Shown here piece after piece: positions 26,843-33,973 of a DNA stretch of 40,749 nucleotides. The position numbers and the translations under genes were made by a program. This DNA comes from Pseudomonadota bacterium (GTDB taxonomy: Bacteria; Bdellovibrionota; FAC87; UBA2466), in assembly GCA_043767805.1 (NCBI GenBank), contig JAYUGC010000018.1:1-40749 (forward strand). Reading direction: 5' to 3'. Under the pieces are notes generated by a model that saw only the letters and a list, made by a program, of their open reading frames with translations, had not been told where the DNA came from and did no database searches. Position 1 is the first letter of the stretch. Every line of letters begins with the position of its first letter.

Positions 26843-27628
26843 ATGGGCTTTCACTGGCAATTTCGCCCGCGACCGGAATCGACGGCGCTGAGGCTCACGG
26901 CGATATTGAACGTTTTCGCGCTCCTCATCTTTTATATCTGCGTCACCTCGAGGCCCGAAACGAGTCCCTCCTCCGACTTCGATGCGGTGAGGCTGCGCGC
27001 CGTTCTTCAAAAAATGGCCGCCTCCGATCCGAGCCCGCTTGCCGTCGTCAAACCGGTGGAGAGGGAGCCCGCCCCGCGCGCGCTCCTGGATCCCGAGAGC
27101 GAAATCGAAGTGAAGCCGAGACGCAGGCCTCTCGGCACGGGCTCTCTCGCCCCGAGCAATCTCGACGCCATTCTGGACGGGCCCGTCGAAGCTCTTCCTG
27201 GCGAATCGGACGAAGAGAAATCCGACCTTGGGCCCGGCTTGACCAGCACGGGGGTCGGCACGAGCAAACCGAGACGCGGCGGCGCCTCTTCCGGCACGGG
27301 AACCGTGACTACGGGCGACTTCGTCCTCGGCGGCAAAGGCGAAGTGGACCGCTCCGCCGTGGAGAAAGCTTTGAATCGACGGCGCACCCAGATGCAGAAC
27401 TGCTATCAGGCCGCGCTTTTGGAAAACCCAGCCCTCGCGGGAAAATTGCTTTTGCGTTGGACGGTTTCCAAAGAAGGCGAAGCAGAAGGCGTGCTCATCG
27501 AAAACTCCCAGCTGGACAACGCCGAGCTCCATAGCTGCATCGTTCAAGAAGTCTCCAAGACGGCGTTCCCGAAACCGCAAGGCGGCTCTATCATCATCCG
27601 CTACCCGCTGACTTTCTCCGTTAACTAA
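26843..27628 (+). CDS. AgmX/PglI C-terminal (TonB-C-like) domain protein
   Basis: N-terminal TM, Pro/Gly-rich linker, 'QNCYQAALLENPALAGKLLLRWTV...CI...FPKPQGGSIIIRYPLTF'. Confidence 0.85.
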   Translation: MGFHWQFRPRPESTALRLTAILNVFALLIFYICVTSRPETSPSSDFDAVRLRAVLQKMAASDPSPLAVVKPVEREPAPRALLDPESEIEVKPRRRPLGTGSLAPSNLDAILDGPVEALPGESDEEKSDLGPGLTSTGVGTSKPRRGGASSGTGTVTTGDFVLGGKGEVDRSAVEKALNRRRTQMQNCYQAALLENPALAGKLLLRWTVSKEGEAEGVLIENSQLDNAELHSCIVQEVSKTAFPKPQGGSIIIRYPLTFSVN

Positions 27629-27662
27629 CTTCTGTCGCGTGAAACGCGACAGAAGTTAGTTA
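27622..27662. repeat. Perfect 19-bp inverted repeat (REP/MITE-like or bidirectional terminator)
   Basis: TAACTAACTTCTGTCGCGT-GAA-ACGCGACAGAAGTTAGTTA. Confidence 0.85.
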
Positions 27663-27871
27663 GTCGCCGCGAAATGAGGCCAGTTGATGACCCATTGCAC
27701 CCACCCGGCGAACGCGTACACGGAGGTCGGCACTTCCGAGGGACCAAAGGCGAGCGCCAGCGCGAAGGTGGCAAGCGTAAGCCCGCCCGCGAGGCAAAGG
27801 TCGACAAGAGGGCGCACGAAGCACCAGCTGGGCATTCCGGTCGCGGGCGCACCGGCGTTTCTGGCAGGCAT
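27656..27871 (-). pseudogene. Probable truncated polytopic membrane protein (N-terminal fragment)
   Basis: Two TM segments then 'WVINWPHFAAT', ending in a stop supplied by the palindrome. Confidence 0.5.
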
Positions 27872-27984
27872 GTTTCATGGTATCCGGCGCGGAAGCGCCT
27901 TAGGATGCGTGGCGTCACACGGGACTCTTGCCACTGTACCTCCTCCGACGCAAAGTCGGGTCGAGACCTTTGGGAGGAACGACC

Positions 27985-28461
27985 ATGCGAGCTTTATTAG
28001 TAGGTTTAACCTTATTGGCGATGACGGGACCGGCGATGGCGGTGAGCCCCGCTCCGCTTCCTCTTCTGGGAAGAGTCATCGGCGGCGTCGGCGAGAACGG
28101 AGAGACTTTGCCGGGCGTTTCCAAGCGCTGCTTCGTGTACCCGAATCAAGCCGTGATTCAGACCTACGATGCTTCCACGGGCAAAGGCGATTCCTACGCG
28201 ACGCCGCTCAACATGACCGCGGCGTACATCCGCCAGGTTTCGGCGGTCTTGGTCGCCGCCGAAAAGGAAAAAGAGACGGGCCTTCCCCATAACCGGGAAG
28301 CCAATCCGCATGTGTATTACTTCGGGTACGCGGTGGGCTCCGACGGCACGCCTTCCGCGCGCATCCGTCTCTTTTACGACGGAGCTCGGCGCATCGAGCG
28401 ACAGGGCAGACAGACGCCGAACGTGATTCAGCTCATCGAGAATCTTTGTCCACATCGGTAG
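27985..28461 (+). CDS. Secreted hypothetical protein
   Basis: RBS GGAGG; signal peptide ending AMA; two Cys (possible disulfide). Confidence 0.8.
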   Translation: MRALLVGLTLLAMTGPAMAVSPAPLPLLGRVIGGVGENGETLPGVSKRCFVYPNQAVIQTYDASTGKGDSYATPLNMTAAYIRQVSAVLVAAEKEKETGLPHNREANPHVYYFGYAVGSDGTPSARIRLFYDGARRIERQGRQTPNVIQLIENLCPHR

Positions 28462-29104
28462 AGAGCGTGGGGAAACCCGCACCGGCTCGTACGGGATCGC
28501 GAGCTTCCCGTTTCGCCCGAGCGAGGCGAATCTCCTCTTCCAGGATTTTCAGCGAGAGCTGAAGCGCCTTGACCGCCAATTCCGCTTGTCGGACTCGAGA
28601 CGCGGCCGTGAGTAACGATCGGGTCGGTAGCCAGATTCCGGTCTGCGTATCGCCGACCGTGACGGGGATTCGCCAGGTGAACTCGACTTCGCCTTTAAAG
28701 GGGAACCGGCCTTTCGCGTTCTCGACGACGCCGCTTTCCGGGCCACAGCCGTTCGAGGTGAGCAAGGTCACGGCGTAGTACTCGCCGCGAGGCACTCGAA
28801 TGCCCGCGAACTCGTAGCGTTCGGCGCCGATTGCGACTTGCCCTTCGCCGATGGGGATTCGCACCGGAAACGACGGTGGGATCGAGGGCAGAAACTGAAC
28901 CTCCTTCAAGCAAAGCACGAGACGCGTCTTACTCGTGTCCTCGGCGGCGGCTCGCTTCGGAAACTCGGGAAGCATTCGGCCCATGAGACCCAAGGAGAAA
29001 TTGGGCAACGATATCCCTTTCGAGATCCGCTGGTTCATTTCATCTTGAATCGTGCAGGCGCAAAGGCTCAAACAAAAACAGGTAAGGGCAATAGTGGATC
29101 GCAT
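28433..29104 (-). CDS. Hypothetical lipoprotein (DUF4382-like beta domain, tentative)
   Basis: RBS AGGAGG/AGGAAG; lipobox 'LCAC'; 'LVLCLKEVQF', 'VPRGEYYAVTL'. Confidence 0.65.
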   Translation of the reverse strand: MRSTIALTCFCLSLCACTIQDEMNQRISKGISLPNFSLGLMGRMLPEFPKRAAAEDTSKTRLVLCLKEVQFLPSIPPSFPVRIPIGEGQVAIGAERYEFAGIRVPRGEYYAVTLLTSNGCGPESGVVENAKGRFPFKGEVEFTWRIPVTVGDTQTGIWLPTRSLLTAASRVRQAELAVKALQLSLKILEEEIRLARAKREARDPVRAGAGFPTLSTDVDKDSR

Positions 29105-29579
29105 GGCTTCCTTCCTCCTACTCGGAGCGGAGCGCAGTCGATACGGAAGTCTAGGTCACAGGGGCAAACTACTGACGAACATGCCGTGGGGTGAGGGCTG
29201 GGGATTTCTATAGCTGGTGTCGGTTAACGAAATATTGTTGCAACCCATATGCCCCTTTTCCTTCCGCCGGAGCTAAGACCTCATCGGGACTGGCAAAACT
29301 CTTTCGGTCGTCGACTTTGCTAACACCCGTCTATGGCGTGGGCGCCCGACCAACTTTTTTCTATCTAAAAAACCTCTCTGGGATTTCGGAGCGCTTTGGG
29401 TGACTTGAGTAGCCCGAAACTTCGACAAGCGCCGATTTCCCCTTTATGACCCCCTAGTTTCCCTCGTTGCCCCAAGGACTTAAGCACCGTATTTCCAATT
29501 GTGCCGGCCAAAAGATCGTCGCGATTTCGATCTCAGCCACGGCTGGACGAACGGCAACCGGTGCGCCAAAATGCTCCTC

Positions 29580-30545
29580 ATGGCAAAACGAGACCCCTTC
29601 ACCTGGTTGTACCCGAAGATCGAGCCCTACCGCATGGACCGCTTGCGCGTGTCCCCGGTGCATGAGCTCTACTATGAGGAGTCGGGGAACCCAAAGGGTA
29701 AACCGGTGGTCTTCGTGCACGGAGGGCCCGGCGGCGGAACGGATCCCAAGCACCGGACGTTTTTCGATCCGGATAAATATCGCATCGTTCTTTTCGATCA
29801 GCGGGGGTGCGGCAAGAGCACGCCGCATGCTTGTCTCGAGGACAATACGACTTGGGCTCTCGTCTCCGACATGGAGCGTTTGCGTGAGCACCTCGGCATT
29901 TCCCGGTGGCTCGTGTTCGGCGGGTCTTGGGGAAGCACGTTGTCGCTGGCTTACGCGCAGACTCACCCCGAAGCGGTGACTGAGCTGGTCCTGCGAGGGA
30001 TCTTTCTTTTGAGAAAGAAGGAGATCACTTGGTTCTATCAGCACGGGGCGAACGAGCTTTTCCCGGACACGTGGGAGGATTATCTGAAGCCGATTCCGGT
30101 AGCGGAGCGTTCCGATTTGCTTTCGGCGTATCACCGCCGGCTCACCTCGCCCGATCGCAAGGTTCAGATCGAAGCGGCTCGGGCCTGGAGTGTTTGGGAA
30201 GCAAGCACCAGCAAGCTCTTTCCCGATAGTGGTTTCATCGAGAACTTCGGCGAGGAAGAGTTCGCCCTCGCCTTCGCCCGCATCGAGTGCCACTACTTCA
30301 TGAACAAGGGCTTCTTCACCTCCGATAATTTCCTCATCGAAAACGCCGCAAAGCTAAAAAAGATTCCCGCGGTCATAGTACAAGGACGTTACGACGTCGT
30401 TTGCCCCATGGACAGCGCCTGGGCCCTACATCGCGCTTGGCCCGAAGCCGAGTTCATCCTGGCCCCGGACGCCGGCCATTCCGCTTTCGAGCCCGGAATC
30501 GCAAAAGCTCTGGTAGCCGCGACCGACAAGTTCTCGATGACTTAA
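29580..30545 (+). CDS. pip: Proline iminopeptidase (S33)
   Basis: 'HGGPGGG', 'FDQRGCGKS', 'GGSWGS', 'QGRYDVVCP', 'DAGHS'. Confidence 0.96.
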   Translation: MAKRDPFTWLYPKIEPYRMDRLRVSPVHELYYEESGNPKGKPVVFVHGGPGGGTDPKHRTFFDPDKYRIVLFDQRGCGKSTPHACLEDNTTWALVSDMERLREHLGISRWLVFGGSWGSTLSLAYAQTHPEAVTELVLRGIFLLRKKEITWFYQHGANELFPDTWEDYLKPIPVAERSDLLSAYHRRLTSPDRKVQIEAARAWSVWEASTSKLFPDSGFIENFGEEEFALAFARIECHYFMNKGFFTSDNFLIENAAKLKKIPAVIVQGRYDVVCPMDSAWALHRAWPEAEFILAPDAGHSAFEPGIAKALVAATDKFSMT

Positions 30546-31034
30546 CCGGTGCGCCCGACAAAGCACCCGAAGATTCGCCACGGTATTCAAACCACCGCGA
30601 ACGACTTCTTTAAGGTGATGAAACTGAAGCCACCGCTTTTGCTCGCAACGGATTCCGCCAGGTCCAACGAAGGCGCACTGATTCTGATCTCGAACCTGAA
30701 CGGAATGAGTCACAGAAGCTGACAGAGGACGCCGCCCAGGCTTCGGCGGATTTCCTGAGGAAACTTTCTTAGGCCTTTCGGCTTTCTTCAGAGGCTCATG
30801 CCTTTTTCTCATATCCCGAGCCAATCAAGCAACGACGTCAGCCAAGGTCGCCGGCTTCTGAAGCTTCTGCGAAAGAATTTCAGTGCGCGCTTTAAGGTTC
30901 GCCTCAGTCTCGGAATCGACGGGACATTTAAGCTCCGAGATATCTTTCGCCACGGGCCGGACGCGCTGATTCACATGCGCTTTCGGATTCTCCGCTTTCA
31001 CGTACCGGTCCAGCTCCTCTCGCTTGAGGGTCTG
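30546..31034 (-). pseudogene. HNH endonuclease pseudogene (5'-truncated, in-frame TGA at 30827-30825)
   Basis: One reading frame: QTLKREEL...ADVVA*LARD...'VRDQNQCAF...RCEQKRWLQFHH...GGLNTVANLRVLCRAH'; no start codon. Confidence 0.8.
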
Positions 31035-31454
31035 CTACTTCGCAGCGGCTTCAAACCGTAGCGACGACGAAAGCGCACAAATCGGCGCTCCGTCGAGAAT
31101 GGCCGTGTCGGTAAGCAGCTCTCCACTCCGGCAAAATTGACCCACGGTCAAATTACAGTGAGCGCAAACTACTTTCGCTCTATCCTCACTCGTCATCGCC
31201 GTCACCGGCGCCCGCACCGCCCCCGCCTCACCCTCCGAAAACACTGGCCAACGCGTCCCCGCCTCGTCCAGCTTCTTCTCCGACCCAAACAGCACCGCCC
31301 CGCACTTCGTGCAGTGATACACACCGTTCTCATGGTGATGCGCGTAGATCTCCTCCCGCTCGTACTTTTGCTGAGCGGGTGGCCCGCTACGGGAGAACCA
31401 GTCGCAACCGGAGAGTCCTGTCAGAGCTACCAGAACCAGAAGGGCCTTAAACAC
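31035..31454 (-). CDS. Divergent MsrB/SelR-fold lipoprotein
   Basis: GTG start with GAGG RBS; lipobox 'LSGC'; 'GVYHCTKCGAVLFGSEKK...WPVF', 'VVCAHC', 'ICALSSSLRF'. Confidence 0.75.
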   Translation of the reverse strand: MFKALLVLVALTGLSGCDWFSRSGPPAQQKYEREEIYAHHHENGVYHCTKCGAVLFGSEKKLDEAGTRWPVFSEGEAGAVRAPVTAMTSEDRAKVVCAHCNLTVGQFCRSGELLTDTAILDGAPICALSSSLRFEAAAK

Positions 31455-32442
31455 GCGGGGAACCTCGGCGCAAAGTGAATAGAACGATTTCTCCCCGGGA
31501 GAAAAGTCGAATCGGCAAGGCAACGACGCCCGCGCCCCGGCTGGTGTACCCGAGAAGCTCCCCTACCCGCCAAAGCCCCTTGGCCATCGACCGGGGAGTA
31601 TCCGTATGAGTAAACACCGGCATCCCGTTAGGCAAGCAAACCTGTCCACCGTGGGTATGCCCGCTCAAGTACAGAGAGTAACCAAGCGCCGCGGCTTCAT
31701 TGGCCACTTCGTTGCTGTGCACGAGGGCAATCTTGAACTCGGCCTTGGGACGAGTCAGCGCCTCGATGGCCTGCTCGGTATAATAGTAATGCACGTCGTC
31801 CAAACCGGTGACGGCAATGGAGTGGTCTCCTCTCGCAATCGACACGCTCTCGTTGGCAAGCACGCGAAGGCCCATCGACTCGAAGCCCGGCACCATGTCG
31901 ACCGTGTCGTGATTGCCCAAGGTGACGAAAATGCCATCCTTCGCGCGGATGGCGCGGCAGAGCTGCGCCATGGGATCCATGATTTGCCGGTACTCGCCCG
32001 TGGTCTTTTCGCGGTAGTCGCCGGTCAGAACGGCGAGATCCACTTCTTCTCTCGGCAAGACGGCGAGCGAGCTCGCCACGACTTCCGGCACCATGTCGAA
32101 GTGCGGATCGGTGATGTGAAGGACCGTGTACCCTTCGAACGCCTCGGGAAGCGCCGGGAAGAAAAGATCCATCCGGGTCAGTTCGATATGGGTAGCGGTG
32201 CGCCGGGCGACTTTCCCAAGACGCGTGACCTTCAGAAATATCGCCACAATCCTCAGGAACTTGCCGAGCAGATCCCAGCGGCGCGGCTTCTGCATGCGAG
32301 GGTGGGACTTTACTTCCCGCCGTTCCATGTCTTGGCGGCGGAGGCGCCAGGCGTCTCTCGCGGTGAACGGCAAACGCCGTGGCTCGGCGGAGGTTTTCGT
32401 CTTCGCGTTCTTCATAGCTTCGTCGGTACCGTGCTTGTCCAT
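31447..32442 (-). CDS. Calcineurin-like metallophosphoesterase (YkuE/YaeI-like)
   Basis: 'HITDPH', 'LTGD', 'LGNHD', 'LVHS', 'LSGHTHGGQ', 'YTSRGAG'. Confidence 0.93.
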   Translation of the reverse strand: MDKHGTDEAMKNAKTKTSAEPRRLPFTARDAWRLRRQDMERREVKSHPRMQKPRRWDLLGKFLRIVAIFLKVTRLGKVARRTATHIELTRMDLFFPALPEAFEGYTVLHITDPHFDMVPEVVASSLAVLPREEVDLAVLTGDYREKTTGEYRQIMDPMAQLCRAIRAKDGIFVTLGNHDTVDMVPGFESMGLRVLANESVSIARGDHSIAVTGLDDVHYYYTEQAIEALTRPKAEFKIALVHSNEVANEAAALGYSLYLSGHTHGGQVCLPNGMPVFTHTDTPRSMAKGLWRVGELLGYTSRGAGVVALPIRLFSRGEIVLFTLRRGSPRV

Positions 32443-32536
32443 AACTCTCTCTTGGGGCCCCGCCCTCTCTTAAGCGTAAAGGCGATCCTTTTTCAAGCGA
32501 CCTCCAAGCCTTTGTTCGGACGGGCCCCTTCTTTCA

Positions 32537-32694
32537 ATACCTGGCCCCTTACACTGGTCCTGGACGGGCAGGAGATATTTGAAACCTCTCGCGATTCATT
32601 AGGATGTCGTCCGGTCTTTTTTCGTTCGAAGGCGCTTCGGTAGGAAAGCCGCTCACTTATCCGTGCTCCAGGTCCAGCGAAAGGGGCCAAGTAT
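32537..32694. mobile_element. 158-bp MITE (non-autonomous IS derivative) with ~28-bp imperfect TIRs and 9-bp target site duplication
   Basis: Left ATACCTGGCCCCTTACACTGGTCCTGGA vs reverse complement of right ATACTTGGCCCCTTTCGCTGGACCTGGA (24/28); CTTCTTTCA at 32528-32536 and 32695-32703 directly abuts both ends. Confidence 0.8.
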
Positions 32695-32854
32695 CTTCTT
32701 TCAGCTGTTTCCCTAGTTGATTCGCCAGACGGGTGAGCTCTTCTCCTAGACGTTGAACGGAGGCAACTGTGCCTCGGAGCGGACGCCGGAGCGCGGCCGC
32801 GAGACCTTGTAAAAAACGTAAGCTTCCGAGGGCTTTATCCAGTGAGTGCAGCAC
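32657..32854 (-). CDS. Small helical protein whose C-terminus is replaced by MITE sequence
   Basis: 65-aa amphipathic ORF; removing the element and one TSD restores ...KQLKEGARPNKGLEVA* (stop at 32493). Confidence 0.4.
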   Translation of the reverse strand: MLHSLDKALGSLRFLQGLAAALRRPLRGTVASVQRLGEELTRLANQLGKQLKEDTWPLSLDLEHG

Positions 32855-32956
32855 GGAAACCTATCGGAAGATTCAGGCTAGCTCCCAAGCTTGGATTTCG
32901 CGGTCGATTTCGCGCAAATCCCCAGGGAGATCCGGAGGCTTACCCCGCGCGTTAGC

Positions 32957-33772
32957 TCAATCTCCCGAAGGAGCCGGCGTGGGAGTGGGAAGCGGGTTGG
33001 CCTTGGCCGCGGCTACCGCACGCGACCAGAAATCCTCGTCCGTGCCCCCGCGGCTACCATTGCTGGTATCGCCATACTCGGAAGGAGGCGTCGGCTCTTG
33101 GTTGCTGTCGCCGCCCTGCCCTTGCTGGAGCATGAACATCAACATTTGAGGATCGATTTTGCTCTTGGGATCGCCGCCATACTTAGCCTGTAGGGGCGCC
33201 ATGCAAGTTTGAACGCATTGGCCTTTTTCGAAGAACGCGGGGGCGGCCGAGCCGCCCGAGGCGACCGGGTTACTGCAACCGGCCATCGCTTGTTGAATCG
33301 CAGGACCAACGACCGGATCCGCGCGAAGCGCGGCGAGAGTCGAGGGGTCCATGGAAGCATAACGAGGATCGCAAGTCGTCGCCGCGCCCGTGGAAACGGA
33401 GGCCGTCGCGCCGGAGCCCGCCGTGGATTGCGAGGTTTGGATGTTGCGATTTTGATAAGCCGCCGCGGCCGAGGCCGTGCGATCTTCGTCGCATTTGATG
33501 TTACAGCCGCAGAGGGCTAGCCGTTCGCCGTCGGTTTTAGAAGGATCGGGCTCGCAGGGATCTATAGTGCCCGGGAAACCAGGCCGGCTTCCGCCATACC
33601 CGCCTTGGCCGTAGCCATCGGGAGCCCCGTATTGCCCTTGAGGTCGATATCCGCTCGGCACACCCGCACCGAAGCCGCCGCCGAAAACAGCGGCGAACGG
33701 GTCTTCCGCATGCGCGGCGATGGCGGTGAAGAGAAGAAGCAAAGAAAGAGCGACTCGGTATAAGCCAAACAC
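32957..33772 (-). CDS. Secreted Gly/Ala/Gln-rich, Cys-containing hypothetical protein
   Basis: Signal peptide ending AHA; 8 Cys; low-complexity segments; start GTG 33772 (alternative 33799). Confidence 0.75.
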   Translation of the reverse strand: MFGLYRVALSLLLLFTAIAAHAEDPFAAVFGGGFGAGVPSGYRPQGQYGAPDGYGQGGYGGSRPGFPGTIDPCEPDPSKTDGERLALCGCNIKCDEDRTASAAAAYQNRNIQTSQSTAGSGATASVSTGAATTCDPRYASMDPSTLAALRADPVVGPAIQQAMAGCSNPVASGGSAAPAFFEKGQCVQTCMAPLQAKYGGDPKSKIDPQMLMFMLQQGQGGDSNQEPTPPSEYGDTSNGSRGGTDEDFWSRAVAAAKANPLPTPTPAPSGD

Positions 33773-33825
33773 GATGTTAACCCCTTGCTGGTGGTTCACT
33801 GTTGCAAAACTATGACTGTTAGAAG

Positions 33826-33841
33826 AGCAAGGGCGGTGCCA
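33826..33841 (-). promoter_or_regulatory. Sigma54 -24/-12 promoter
   Basis: Minus strand TGGCAC-CGCCC-TTGCT (consensus); dyad CTGTC-N9-GACAG about 100 bp upstream (33940-33958). Confidence 0.8.
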
Positions 33842-33973
33842 GCCCTTTCAGGCACGAGCCGCGCGGGACGAATCCTGACACCGTGATCGATCCACAGGAG
33901 TGCGCACCGTAAGCATTCGGGTGCACTACGCATTTCACACTGTCTTACTATTGGACAGGTGCTTTGAGTGTGT

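Noticed and set aside
29153..29205. c-di-GMP-I riboswitch-like start (GGTCACAGGGGCAAAC)
   Set aside because: No GNRA-capped P2, no GACGCAAAGCC junction or P3, and far from any same-strand start.
30546..31454. Readthrough or selenocysteine fusion of the MsrB-like ORF with the in-frame HNH
   Set aside because: Needs both TAG and TGA suppression; the TGA is not at a catalytic Cys position; a lipoprotein-nuclease fusion is implausible; same frame has a 1-in-3 chance.
32537..32694. 6S RNA (long terminal stem; GACGACA...TGAATC...GGTTTCAA on minus loosely recalls E. coli 6S)
   Set aside because: The exact 9-bp flanking direct repeat and ORF restoration on excision fit a MITE better; the apical stem is short and there is no clear promoter or zapA/ygfA context. 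Not fully excluded without an Rfam search.
32537..32694. Convergent paralogous peptides (NTWPLTLVLD on + versus DTWPLSLDLE on -)
   Set aside because: The similarity is confined to the inverted repeat and is a by-product of it.
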